DNA of 64,000 nucleotides from Microcoleus sp. (GTDB lineage Bacteria; Cyanobacteriota; Cyanobacteriia; Cyanobacteriales; Microcoleaceae): NCBI GenBank assembly GCA_052279835.1, contig CP181291.1, positions 5,824,001 to 5,888,000 of the forward strand, read 5' to 3'. Shown piece by piece: positions 10,095 to 17,895 of this stretch (position 1 is its first letter; each line of letters starts with the position of its first letter). The notes under the pieces were generated by a model. It saw only the letters and a program-made list of their open reading frames with translations, ran no database searches and was not told where the DNA came from. The position numbers and the translations under genes were made by a program.

Positions 10095-13000
10095 ATGTTA
10101 CCCATTTCTTTTATCGAAATTCAAAACCAAATCTTAGGTGCTGTGGTAGGGATTAATGGAACGCCATTTAGCCTGAATTACAGCAGCGATCGCACTTCAG
10201 GCCGTCAAGCAGCTTATACCCGCACAATTCCCGTCAGCGGTTCCCACGTCGCGGCCGATTTAGAACGGATTGAACTGGAAATTAAGGTTGCAGGACAAGA
10301 ATTTAAGCAGGTTTTTCCGCCACAACCCAATCAAACTTACACCTTTGTCTGGGATGGGAAAGATGCTGATGGTAAGCTATTGTCAGGGAAGCAACCCGTC
10401 ACTATTCGCACGACTTTTATTTATCCCGAATCCCAATACAATCAATCTAAGGAAGGAACGACTACTCTGGGCACTTGGAATGCGATCGCCCAAGGTTTAG
10501 GCGGTTGGACTTTGAATGTTCATCATGCTTATGATGTGGCGGGAAAAACTCTGTATTTGGGTAACGGTCAGCGGCAAAATAATGTAGAGGCGATCGCACA
10601 TTGCAATCTGGAAGCGATCGCACATTCTGTCGCTAGTATCAATGTCCGCCGGGGGTTAAAACCCCCGTCTCATAGCGAAAGTCGGTTAAAACCGACTGAA
10701 GATGTTTCTGCTTCTTCAATTCATAGCCGCCAAGGAATTAATTCCCTGTCTGATAGTGAAAGTCAGTTGAAACCGACTGAAGACGTTTCTGCTTCTTCAG
10801 TCCACTTCAGTGGACTTTCGCTATTAGACGGGGGTTTTAACCCCCGGCGGGATGACAACGCAGCGAACAAAAACCAAACTAACGAAATAGCTATTCCCAG
10901 TGAAGGTGGCGGTCAACTCTACATTTTCGACAACACAGGTCGTCATCTGTACACCATCAGCACTCTCACTAAAGCCTTAATCTATCGCTTTGAATACGAT
11001 GATGCTGGCTATTTAAAATCTATTGCCGATGGTGACAACAACATTACCCAAATAGACGGCCACGCTGATGGTTTTTCCATTGCCATTATTGCCCCTTACG
11101 GTCAGCGTACTAACTTAAATCTCAATGCAGACGGCTACTTAGAAAGCGTCACCAATCCTGCCAATGAAAGCAGCGCATTTAACTATACCAATCATGGTTT
11201 GTTAACCAGCTTCACCGACCCGAAAGGCAATCTATACCAATTTGAATACGATGAATTAGGACGTTTGCACAGCCGTCAAGAACCCGATGGCAGTTTCGAT
11301 TTATTGGCGCGAACTCGCACTGAAAATGGTTTCACGGTTGCTAAAATTACCGCTACGGGACGCGAGTCTACCTATTTAACCGAGCGCTTATCAACAGGTG
11401 AGGAACGTCAGGTTAATACGGGTTGTGGGGGTACGGGTGCGATCGTCGCCCTAACCGCCAAAGACGGCACAGAAACGATTACTTATCCCGATGGCAGCAC
11501 TTTCATCCAAGAACAACAACCCGATCCGCGTTTTGGCAAACAAGCATCTTTATTAAAGCGAACTGTCTTGAAAACACCAGGGGGATTGACAGCAAATTTA
11601 TCATTAACGCGGTCTTGCAATCTCGCCGATCCTAATGACCCTTTGAGTTTAATTTCTCTCACCGATACGGTAGATTTCAACGGACGTAAATCGACTACTA
11701 CTTTTGATGCAGAAAACAACCAAATTATCTACCAATCTCCAGCAGGACGGCGCAGTATTCTTAATTTAGATGAAGGAGGAAGAGTCATTAAAACTGAGAC
11801 TGCTGGCTTAGAATCTGTCAGTTTTAACTACGATAATCGCGGGCGTTTAATTAGTGCGATGCAGGGAAATCAGACGATTCTTAATTACAGCTACGATGAA
11901 CAAGGTCGCCTCAGCAGTCTTGGCAATGCGGAAGGGAATCAAGTTCAGTACACCTACGATGAAGTCGGGCGAATTATTCAGACGACTTTACCCAGTGGCA
12001 GAACTTACAATTTTGCTTACGATGCTAATAGCAACTTGACTCAAATTACAGTGCCAAATGGTGCGGTGCATTGCCTTAAATATACGCCAGGAAATTTAGA
12101 AGCGGGTTATGTACCGCCTGCGATCGATCCTAGTTATTCCTTAACAAGCAGCGAAGAGAACCCCCCCAACCCCCCCTTGTTAAGGGGGGGCTATGAGGAA
12201 AACCTCTCTAACTCCCCCCTGGTTGATGAGGACAATTCCTCTAACTCCCCCCTTAGCAAGGGGGGCGGGGGGGGTTATTCCAGCACCTACGACTCGGAAC
12301 AACAACTGACAAACTCTACCCTTCCCAGTGGTCGAACTGTTCAAGGAATTTACAATCAATCTGGCGATTTAGAACGGGCAACCTACCCAGAAGCAACGGT
12401 AGAAGTCACCTACGAAAAAGAGTCGAAACGGGTGACAAAACTCGTCCGCACTCCCGTAGAAGGCGGCACACCCCAAGAAATGACGTTTACCTATGACGGC
12501 GGTTTAGTAACTGAAATGGCGTGGAGTGGCGTTACTAACGGGACTTACCGCTATCGTTACGATAATAATTTTTCCCTAGTGGGGATGCAGTTAGATGACG
12601 AACCGGAAATCGAAATGAAGCGAGATGCGGACGGGTTGCTGACCCAATACGGTCAATTTCAAGTAGTAAGAGATCGGGCAACGGGTGCGCCGACTCAGAT
12701 GACTGATGGTAAGATGAAAATTGACATTGAGTACGATAATTCCAGTCGCGTCATTTCTCGGACAAATCTGGTTAACGGGCGAGTCATCTATCAATTACAG
12801 CTTAGTTATGATGTTCTCAGTCGCATTGTGCAGAAGCGGGAAACGGTGACGGGTACAACCCATATTTACGATTACACTTACGATCTTGATGGTCAATTGA
12901 TTTTAGTCAAGTGTGACGGTGAAATAGTCGAGCGTTATGTCTATGATGACAACGGAAACCGGACTGAGTGGCAGTTAGGAACCCAACAGCATACCGCCAG

Positions 13001-14042
13001 TTATGATGCTCAAGATCGTTTGATTGAGTTGGATGGAACGCCCTATGAATTTGATGCGGATGGTTTCTTAATGCAGCGTGGTGATATGACGCTCAAGTAC
13101 AGTGCGACTGGGGAATTGTTAGAGGTGAGTTGGCCTGATGGTAAGGCGATTAACTATACCTACGATAGTATGAATCGGCGGGTGGCGCGGACTGATGAAA
13201 AGGGGACGGTGCAGTATCTTTATGGGAATCCTAATCATCCGTTTCAGGTGACGGCGGTGCGCGATAATTCGGGGAATTTGAGTGTTTATGAATATGATGA
13301 TTTTGGTTCTTTGATGGCTATTCGACGTGGTGATAGTTGGTATGGTGTTACTACCGATCAATTGGGGACACCGCGAGTAGTTTTTGATGAGAGCGATCGG
13401 GTTGTTAAGGTTCTCAAATATGACAGCTTTGGTCAAGTTATTGGTGATAGTAATCCCGCCTTTGAACTGCATATTTGTTTTGTCGGGGGGTTGATAGATG
13501 TGGCTACGGAGTTATTGCGGTTTGGATTTAGGGATTATGATTCTGTAGCGGGCAAGTGGACAGCAAAAGATCCAATTAGCTTTGCTGGTGGTGATGTAAA
13601 TTTATATCGATATGTAGTTAATCAACCTATTAATCTTGTTGATCCTGATGGTAGATTTGCAATTCTCATCCCTTGTGGTTATGGAGCAGTAGGTGGGTTA
13701 GCTATTGAAGGAGCTCACCAATTGGAAAACTACAAACAAACAGGTGGCTTTGATGGATTGGCAATAGCGCGATCAACAGTTACAGGTTGTCTGGGCGGTT
13801 ATGTAGGCGGTTTTTTCGGAGGAAAGTTAATATCTGCTGCTGTGGGTGGTTTCGTAACTGGTTACTATGATAATCGTTTTACACCAAAGAGTAAACATAC
13901 ATACGTTCTTTCGGGGCCAATGCAAGGATGGTGGGATGATTTAGTTTTTGACGAATATGGAAAAGTAATTTCAGGCAAAAAATGTCAGCACAAAGAATAT
14001 AAAAACGATCAGGAATTGACGACTATTATATTCCAGCCCTAG
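10095..14042 (+). CDS. Teneurin-like YD/Rhs-repeat protein with C-terminal variable tip
   Basis: ATG at 10095 follows a GAGGA RBS. The N-terminus (IEIQNQILG..GTPFSLNYSSDR, YTFVWDGKD, GLGGWTLNVHHAYD) resembles the teneurin FN-plug. Many YD repeats follow, then the Rhs core TDQLGTPR...FGFRDYD...WTAKDPI...NLYRYVVNQPINLVDPDGR. Confidence 0.88.
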   Translation: MLPISFIEIQNQILGAVVGINGTPFSLNYSSDRTSGRQAAYTRTIPVSGSHVAADLERIELEIKVAGQEFKQVFPPQPNQTYTFVWDGKDADGKLLSGKQPVTIRTTFIYPESQYNQSKEGTTTLGTWNAIAQGLGGWTLNVHHAYDVAGKTLYLGNGQRQNNVEAIAHCNLEAIAHSVASINVRRGLKPPSHSESRLKPTEDVSASSIHSRQGINSLSDSESQLKPTEDVSASSVHFSGLSLLDGGFNPRRDDNAANKNQTNEIAIPSEGGGQLYIFDNTGRHLYTISTLTKALIYRFEYDDAGYLKSIADGDNNITQIDGHADGFSIAIIAPYGQRTNLNLNADGYLESVTNPANESSAFNYTNHGLLTSFTDPKGNLYQFEYDELGRLHSRQEPDGSFDLLARTRTENGFTVAKITATGRESTYLTERLSTGEERQVNTGCGGTGAIVALTAKDGTETITYPDGSTFIQEQQPDPRFGKQASLLKRTVLKTPGGLTANLSLTRSCNLADPNDPLSLISLTDTVDFNGRKSTTTFDAENNQIIYQSPAGRRSILNLDEGGRVIKTETAGLESVSFNYDNRGRLISAMQGNQTILNYSYDEQGRLSSLGNAEGNQVQYTYDEVGRIIQTTLPSGRTYNFAYDANSNLTQITVPNGAVHCLKYTPGNLEAGYVPPAIDPSYSLTSSEENPPNPPLLRGGYEENLSNSPLVDEDNSSNSPLSKGGGGGYSSTYDSEQQLTNSTLPSGRTVQGIYNQSGDLERATYPEATVEVTYEKESKRVTKLVRTPVEGGTPQEMTFTYDGGLVTEMAWSGVTNGTYRYRYDNNFSLVGMQLDDEPEIEMKRDADGLLTQYGQFQVVRDRATGAPTQMTDGKMKIDIEYDNSSRVISRTNLVNGRVIYQLQLSYDVLSRIVQKRETVTGTTHIYDYTYDLDGQLILVKCDGEIVERYVYDDNGNRTEWQLGTQQHTASYDAQDRLIELDGTPYEFDADGFLMQRGDMTLKYSATGELLEVSWPDGKAINYTYDSMNRRVARTDEKGTVQYLYGNPNHPFQVTAVRDNSGNLSVYEYDDFGSLMAIRRGDSWYGVTTDQLGTPRVVFDESDRVVKVLKYDSFGQVIGDSNPAFELHICFVGGLIDVATELLRFGFRDYDSVAGKWTAKDPISFAGGDVNLYRYVVNQPINLVDPDGRFAILIPCGYGAVGGLAIEGAHQLENYKQTGGFDGLAIARSTVTGCLGGYVGGFFGGKLISAAVGGFVTGYYDNRFTPKSKHTYVLSGPMQGWWDDLVFDEYGKVISGKKCQHKEYKNDQELTTIIFQP
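10646..10850. repeat. Palindromic MITE/REP-like element inside the Rhs gene, reading frame preserved
   Basis: Terminal inverted repeats CCGCCGGGGGTTAAAACCCCCGTCT..ATAGCGAAAGTC / GACTTTCGCTAT..AGACGGGGGTTTTAACCCCCGGCGG, plus an internal duplicated unit (AAACCGACTGAAGAyGTTTCTGCTTCTTCA). Confidence 0.8.
12160..12276. repeat. CCCCCCTT..AAGGGGGG palindromic repeats, in frame inside the Rhs gene
   Basis: Encodes NPPNPPLLRGG...SPLSKGGGGG. The same motif occurs in intergenic regions at ~25131, 31209, 32753, 35115-35190, 48014, 50972 and 51198. Confidence 0.8.
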
Positions 14043-14069
14043 TATTAAGATATTTAAGAAATCAATTGT

Positions 14070-15008
14070 ATGACTGTACTAAAAGCATTTTCTTCCTGTG
14101 CAACACTAACAGATTCTAGCAATGAACAACCACAAGGCAAAACAATCACCTACACCTACGACAGCATGAACCGTCGGGTTGCTCGTACCAATGAAAATGG
14201 CACAACCCAATACCTCTACGGCAACCCCAACCATCCCTTTCAACTCACCGCCGTGCGTTCTATATCAGGCAGTTTAAGCCGCTATCACTATGATGATTTT
14301 GGCTTACTCTTTGCCCTAGAACGGGATAACAACTGGTATTACATCACCACTGACCAACTCGGCACGCCGCGTGTCGTCTGCGATGCCAATGGTGAACTCG
14401 TCAAAGTTCTGGAATACGATAGCTTTGGTCAAGTTATTGCTGATAGTAATCCAGAGTTTGAACTGCATATTAGTTTTGCCGGGGGGTTGATAGATGTGGA
14501 TACCGAGTTAGTGCGGTTTGGGTTTAGGGATTATGATGCTGTAGCGGGGAAGTGGACGGCGAAAGATCCGATGGGTTTCGCCGCCCAAAACGGCAATTTA
14601 TACCAGTATGTCAATAACAATACAATCAACTATAAAGATCCATTAGGGCTTTATCCAAATTGGGTTGTAAACGTAGCCAGTGCCATTATTAATCCTTTAG
14701 CAGACATGATTTCCGGTGGCGCTCCGATGTGTGGAATTGGCCCCGATAGAGATGCTACAACGGTCATACCTGGTAAGCCTGGTAAGCCTGGTAAGTGTCC
14801 TGCGCCCCAAAATGCCCAGGACTTAGCTTGCATTCTTCACGACTTTCGCTTAACCTTTGAGTTGGATAAAAAGTTCTGGGAAGTCTGGGATTCGGATGTC
14901 TCCCAAGCTCATTGGGAATTAGCTAAAAACTCACCCTCCCTTGGCATGAAAATCACATTTACTATTTTATCTTTACCCGGTTTACCTTTTCGATTATTTA
15001 ATCCATAA
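14070..15008 (+). CDS. Orphan Rhs cassette (core + alternative tip, phospholipase A2-like)
   Basis: Duplicates the 3' Rhs core of the upstream gene (YTYDSMNRRVART..YLYGNPNHPFQ..DPLGL). The tip contains MCGIG...PQNAQDLACILHD. Confidence 0.8.
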   Translation: MTVLKAFSSCATLTDSSNEQPQGKTITYTYDSMNRRVARTNENGTTQYLYGNPNHPFQLTAVRSISGSLSRYHYDDFGLLFALERDNNWYYITTDQLGTPRVVCDANGELVKVLEYDSFGQVIADSNPEFELHISFAGGLIDVDTELVRFGFRDYDAVAGKWTAKDPMGFAAQNGNLYQYVNNNTINYKDPLGLYPNWVVNVASAIINPLADMISGGAPMCGIGPDRDATTVIPGKPGKPGKCPAPQNAQDLACILHDFRLTFELDKKFWEVWDSDVSQAHWELAKNSPSLGMKITFTILSLPGLPFRLFNP

Positions 15009-15020
15009 ACTTAATTTTCC

Positions 15021-15087
15021 AGAAACCGGGTTTCTGCGATAACTTTTGCATCCTACTGAAATATTTAGGAAGAAACCCGGTTTCTTG
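15021..15087. repeat. AGAAACCGGGTTTCT...AGAAACCCGGTTTCT dispersed palindromic repeat
   Basis: Same family recurs at ~15937-16038, 16391-16628, 17810-17875, 49060-49125 and, degenerate, at 61511-61607. Confidence 0.8.
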
Positions 15088-15116
15088 ATACACGCACGCC
15101 CCTTCAGAATCAACAT

Positions 15117-15446
15117 TTAAGCCACTGCAAACCCTGTAAACTGCCGAACATAAGGCGCTCGAAATCCCAAAACAATATCCGTTTTCGGTACGTCTAGTTC
15201 CACCAATTCGTTAGCAATTCCTGCTTCAGTTAAATCGCGCTGAATCCAAATTTTCCCATCTTTGATATCCACATGAACCACACAACCATAAACCCGCTCT
15301 TGATTTTCCCAACCTACATGAACTAAAAGATAGCGATCGCTTTCTTTATCAAAAATTAACTCTTTTTCTGTATCCTCAGATAAATGATTGGCTGTATGTC
15401 TTTTTAAGACAGTCTGGACTAACTCTGAATAGTTTATTCCTTCCAT
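15117..15446 (-). CDS. xisI: XisI family protein
   Basis: Motifs FDKESDRYLLVHVGW...HVDIKDGKIWIQRDLTEAGIANELVELDVPKTDIVLGF..PYVRQFTGFAVA; lies downstream of xisH. Confidence 0.92.
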   Translation of the reverse strand: MEGINYSELVQTVLKRHTANHLSEDTEKELIFDKESDRYLLVHVGWENQERVYGCVVHVDIKDGKIWIQRDLTEAGIANELVELDVPKTDIVLGFRAPYVRQFTGFAVA

Positions 15447-15850
15447 AAAATAATCTCCTGTTGGCTTGGCTCAAAAACAAGTAACTTTAACCGATGTTAG
15501 GCAATAACTTCCTGAATAAATTGGATTAGAAAAAATTCCCGATAAACTTCAGAAGGAACAGCTAAATATAAAAGGCGATCGGGTTGTTTTTTTCTCAGCG
15601 CTGAACGATAGTTGAGTGTTTGTCCTAAAGCTGTATGAAATTCACTCACCTCCGACTTACCTACAAAAGATTTAATTTCTACTGCTATCTTTTGCCCCTC
15701 CTTTTCTGCTGCTAAAAGTCTTTCTGCTGCCAAATCGATATAAAATTCAATTCCATCAACTGTAATTGACAGCGGATCGTGAGTAATCTTCCAACTATCT
15801 TTTTCTAAAGCTGAACGAACTACACCGTGAAATATATCTTTTGCTGGCAT
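15434..15850 (-). pseudogene. xisH: XisH family nuclease with premature stop
   Basis: MPAKDIFHGVVRSALEKDSWKITHDPL..IDLAAE..IAVEIKSF..FHTALGQ..Y. A TAA at 15497-15499 is followed in frame by HRLKLLVFEPSQQEIILWKE*, which overlaps the xisI start. Confidence 0.8.
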
Positions 15851-16090
15851 AAAAAACAAAATTAAAAGCGACCGCCTGGATAATTCTATTTTACTAAATT
15901 TTTCAGACTTTTCGCGAAACTAACCGAGATTGTTAAGAACCCCGGTTTCTTTCTCCGCGCGATCGCACCCCAGAAACCGGGTTTCTCCAATAACTTTTGC
16001 ATTACAACCGAGATATTTAGGAAGAAACCCGGTTTCTTGATCTACGCGATCGCCCTCTGATATAATGCAATAAACCCCCCAAATTTTACT

Positions 16091-16321
16091 ATGAAACAAT
16101 TAACCAGAATCACGCTTAATCCCCAAGTTATGGGTGGCAAACCTTGTATCCGAGGCATGAGAGTGACAGTAGGCGCGATCGTCGGTCTCATGGCATCCGG
16201 TCACACCCCCGCCGACATTCTTAAAGCTTACCCTTATTTAGAAGAAGCAGACATTTATGAAGCCCTAGCTTATGCAGCTTGGCGAGTCGAAGAACAAGAA
16301 GTTCCCTTGTTGCTGGCATGA
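16091..16321 (+). CDS. DUF433 antitoxin-like protein
   Basis: RITLNPQVMGGKPCIRGMRVTV..YPYLEEADIYEALAYAA. Confidence 0.9.
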   Translation: MKQLTRITLNPQVMGGKPCIRGMRVTVGAIVGLMASGHTPADILKAYPYLEEADIYEALAYAAWRVEEQEVPLLLA

Positions 16322-16390
16322 AAATATTAATAGACATGAACCTATCACCCGACTGGGTTTTGGTTTTTGCTAAATACTCAATTGACTCTG
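16318..16390 (+). pseudogene. DUF5615 PIN-like toxin, N-terminal fragment only
   Basis: ATGA overlap with the DUF433 stop; MKILIDMNLSPDWV..., then interrupted by a repeat array after ~24 codons. Confidence 0.75.
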
Positions 16391-16628
16391 AGAAACCCGG
16401 TTTCTTGATCCTACGCGATCGCACCTCTGGCAGAAACCGGGTTTCTCCAATAACTTTTGCATCCCACCGAAATATTGAGGAAGAAACCCGGTTTCTCGAT
16501 CCTACGCGATCGCACCTTTCCCAGAAACCGGGTTTCTCCAATAACTTCTGCATCCCACCGAAATATTGAGGAAGAAACCCGGTTTCTTTAACCCACGCGA
16601 TCGCACCTCTGGCAGAAACCGGGTTTCT
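16391..16628. repeat. Tandem array of ~90 bp palindromic units, each joined by a HIP1 site
   Basis: Unit CAGAAACCGGGTTTCTCCAATAACTTyTGCATCCCACCGAAATATTGAGGAAGAAACCCGGTTTCT..ACGCGATCGCACCT, two full copies plus partial copies. Confidence 0.85.
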
Positions 16629-16753
16629 ACTTGAAGTCCCATATATTAACTTTTATTACAAAAACTCGGATTTTGCGTAAAAATACCCCGCGAAATCCCA
16701 ATACACAATAGAAGGCTTTCACCTTCGATGCAAATTCACCCCCCAAAAAACCG

Positions 16754-17803
16754 ATGACAGCCACAACTATACCGATCGCCCCCATCGCCCCTTACAGCCA
16801 CCGTCTAGCCACCGCAACCGACGCAAAGGTTCTCGCCCCCCTTTGGCAAGCATTCGCTGCTGAACGCGAAGCGATCGACCCCTCAATGCTGGTCAAACCT
16901 AACTTTGACTTTGAAAAATACGTCACCAACCAAATCGAAAAACCCCTTTCTTTCTGCTGGTTATTAGAACACAGCGACAGCATCATCGGCTGTCTATTTA
17001 TCTACTATTACGACGAAGCCCCGCCCGCGAATCTCCCCGAATATTTGATTCAGCAACACGACATTGAGAATCCCTTTCAATCCCGCCGCGTCGGTTCCGT
17101 TTTGGGGATGTACGTTCAGCCAGAACATCGGAAATCAGAAGCAATTCAAATGCTAGCAAAAAGTGCGATCGCCCATGCAAAAACCATGAAAGTTAGCGAT
17201 ATAGACTTACTAATTGCAGCCGATCAGACGGGTATGCAAGCCATGTTGCAGCGTGCTGGATTTACCAAAGCAGCCGTGCAATATACTCGCCATTATGACA
17301 TGGCAACGGATGCTGACTTACCGAGTTTGCACCCGCCCCATCCCGAATTGCCCGATGTAGAATTGCCTGCACCAAGAGCAATTGCGCTGCGCCATCCGCA
17401 AACTAACGAACTCCTGCGCAATTCCCAAGGAGAACCTGTTTTCTTGATGCCCTTAGTTGATGAACAAGGTGAATTGCTGAAGTCATCTAGCGGGCAAAAT
17501 GTTTACCCGGAATTGTTGCTAGATCCGGCTACTAATTCTTGGGTTATTGATGCGGAAGACAAATTAGTGACTTGTCCGATTTTGCGGGATGAAAACGGAC
17601 AAGTTGTGGAAAATCAAGGCCTAGTTCAATTTTCTCGTCCTGCTTACCAAATTGTAGACGGAAAACCTGCTTTAATGCGAGATGAAACTGGTAATTATGT
17701 ATTCTGTGATGTTGAACGGGACAAACAGGGGAAAATCTTGAAAACTCCTGATGGATTTCCGATTTTCAAGCAGCCGCAAATCCAGATTAGGACTTACGCC
17801 TAA
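16754..17803 (+). CDS. GNAT-family acetyltransferase with C-terminal beta-hairpin repeat extension
   Basis: GNAT motifs (RLATATD, IIGCL, GSVLGMYVQPEHRK, MLQRAGF). The C-terminal half has repeated (R/D)DxxG..L units. Confidence 0.65.
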   Translation: MTATTIPIAPIAPYSHRLATATDAKVLAPLWQAFAAEREAIDPSMLVKPNFDFEKYVTNQIEKPLSFCWLLEHSDSIIGCLFIYYYDEAPPANLPEYLIQQHDIENPFQSRRVGSVLGMYVQPEHRKSEAIQMLAKSAIAHAKTMKVSDIDLLIAADQTGMQAMLQRAGFTKAAVQYTRHYDMATDADLPSLHPPHPELPDVELPAPRAIALRHPQTNELLRNSQGEPVFLMPLVDEQGELLKSSSGQNVYPELLLDPATNSWVIDAEDKLVTCPILRDENGQVVENQGLVQFSRPAYQIVDGKPALMRDETGNYVFCDVERDKQGKILKTPDGFPIFKQPQIQIRTYA

Positions 17804-17895
17804 ATCCAAAGAAACCGGGTTTTTTTCCAGTTTGGAAAACAGGGATGCAATATTTTTATAAAAAACCCGGTTTCTGCGTCCAAGACTATACTGAT

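Noticed and set aside
13425..14569. Rhs duplicate as a DGR template/variable repeat pair
   Set aside because: Mismatches are not adenine-specific and there is no reverse transcriptase in the window.
16391..16628. Repeat array as a CRISPR array
   Set aside because: The intervening segments are near-identical rather than unique spacers, the units are dispersed palindromes found elsewhere in the window, and there are no cas genes.
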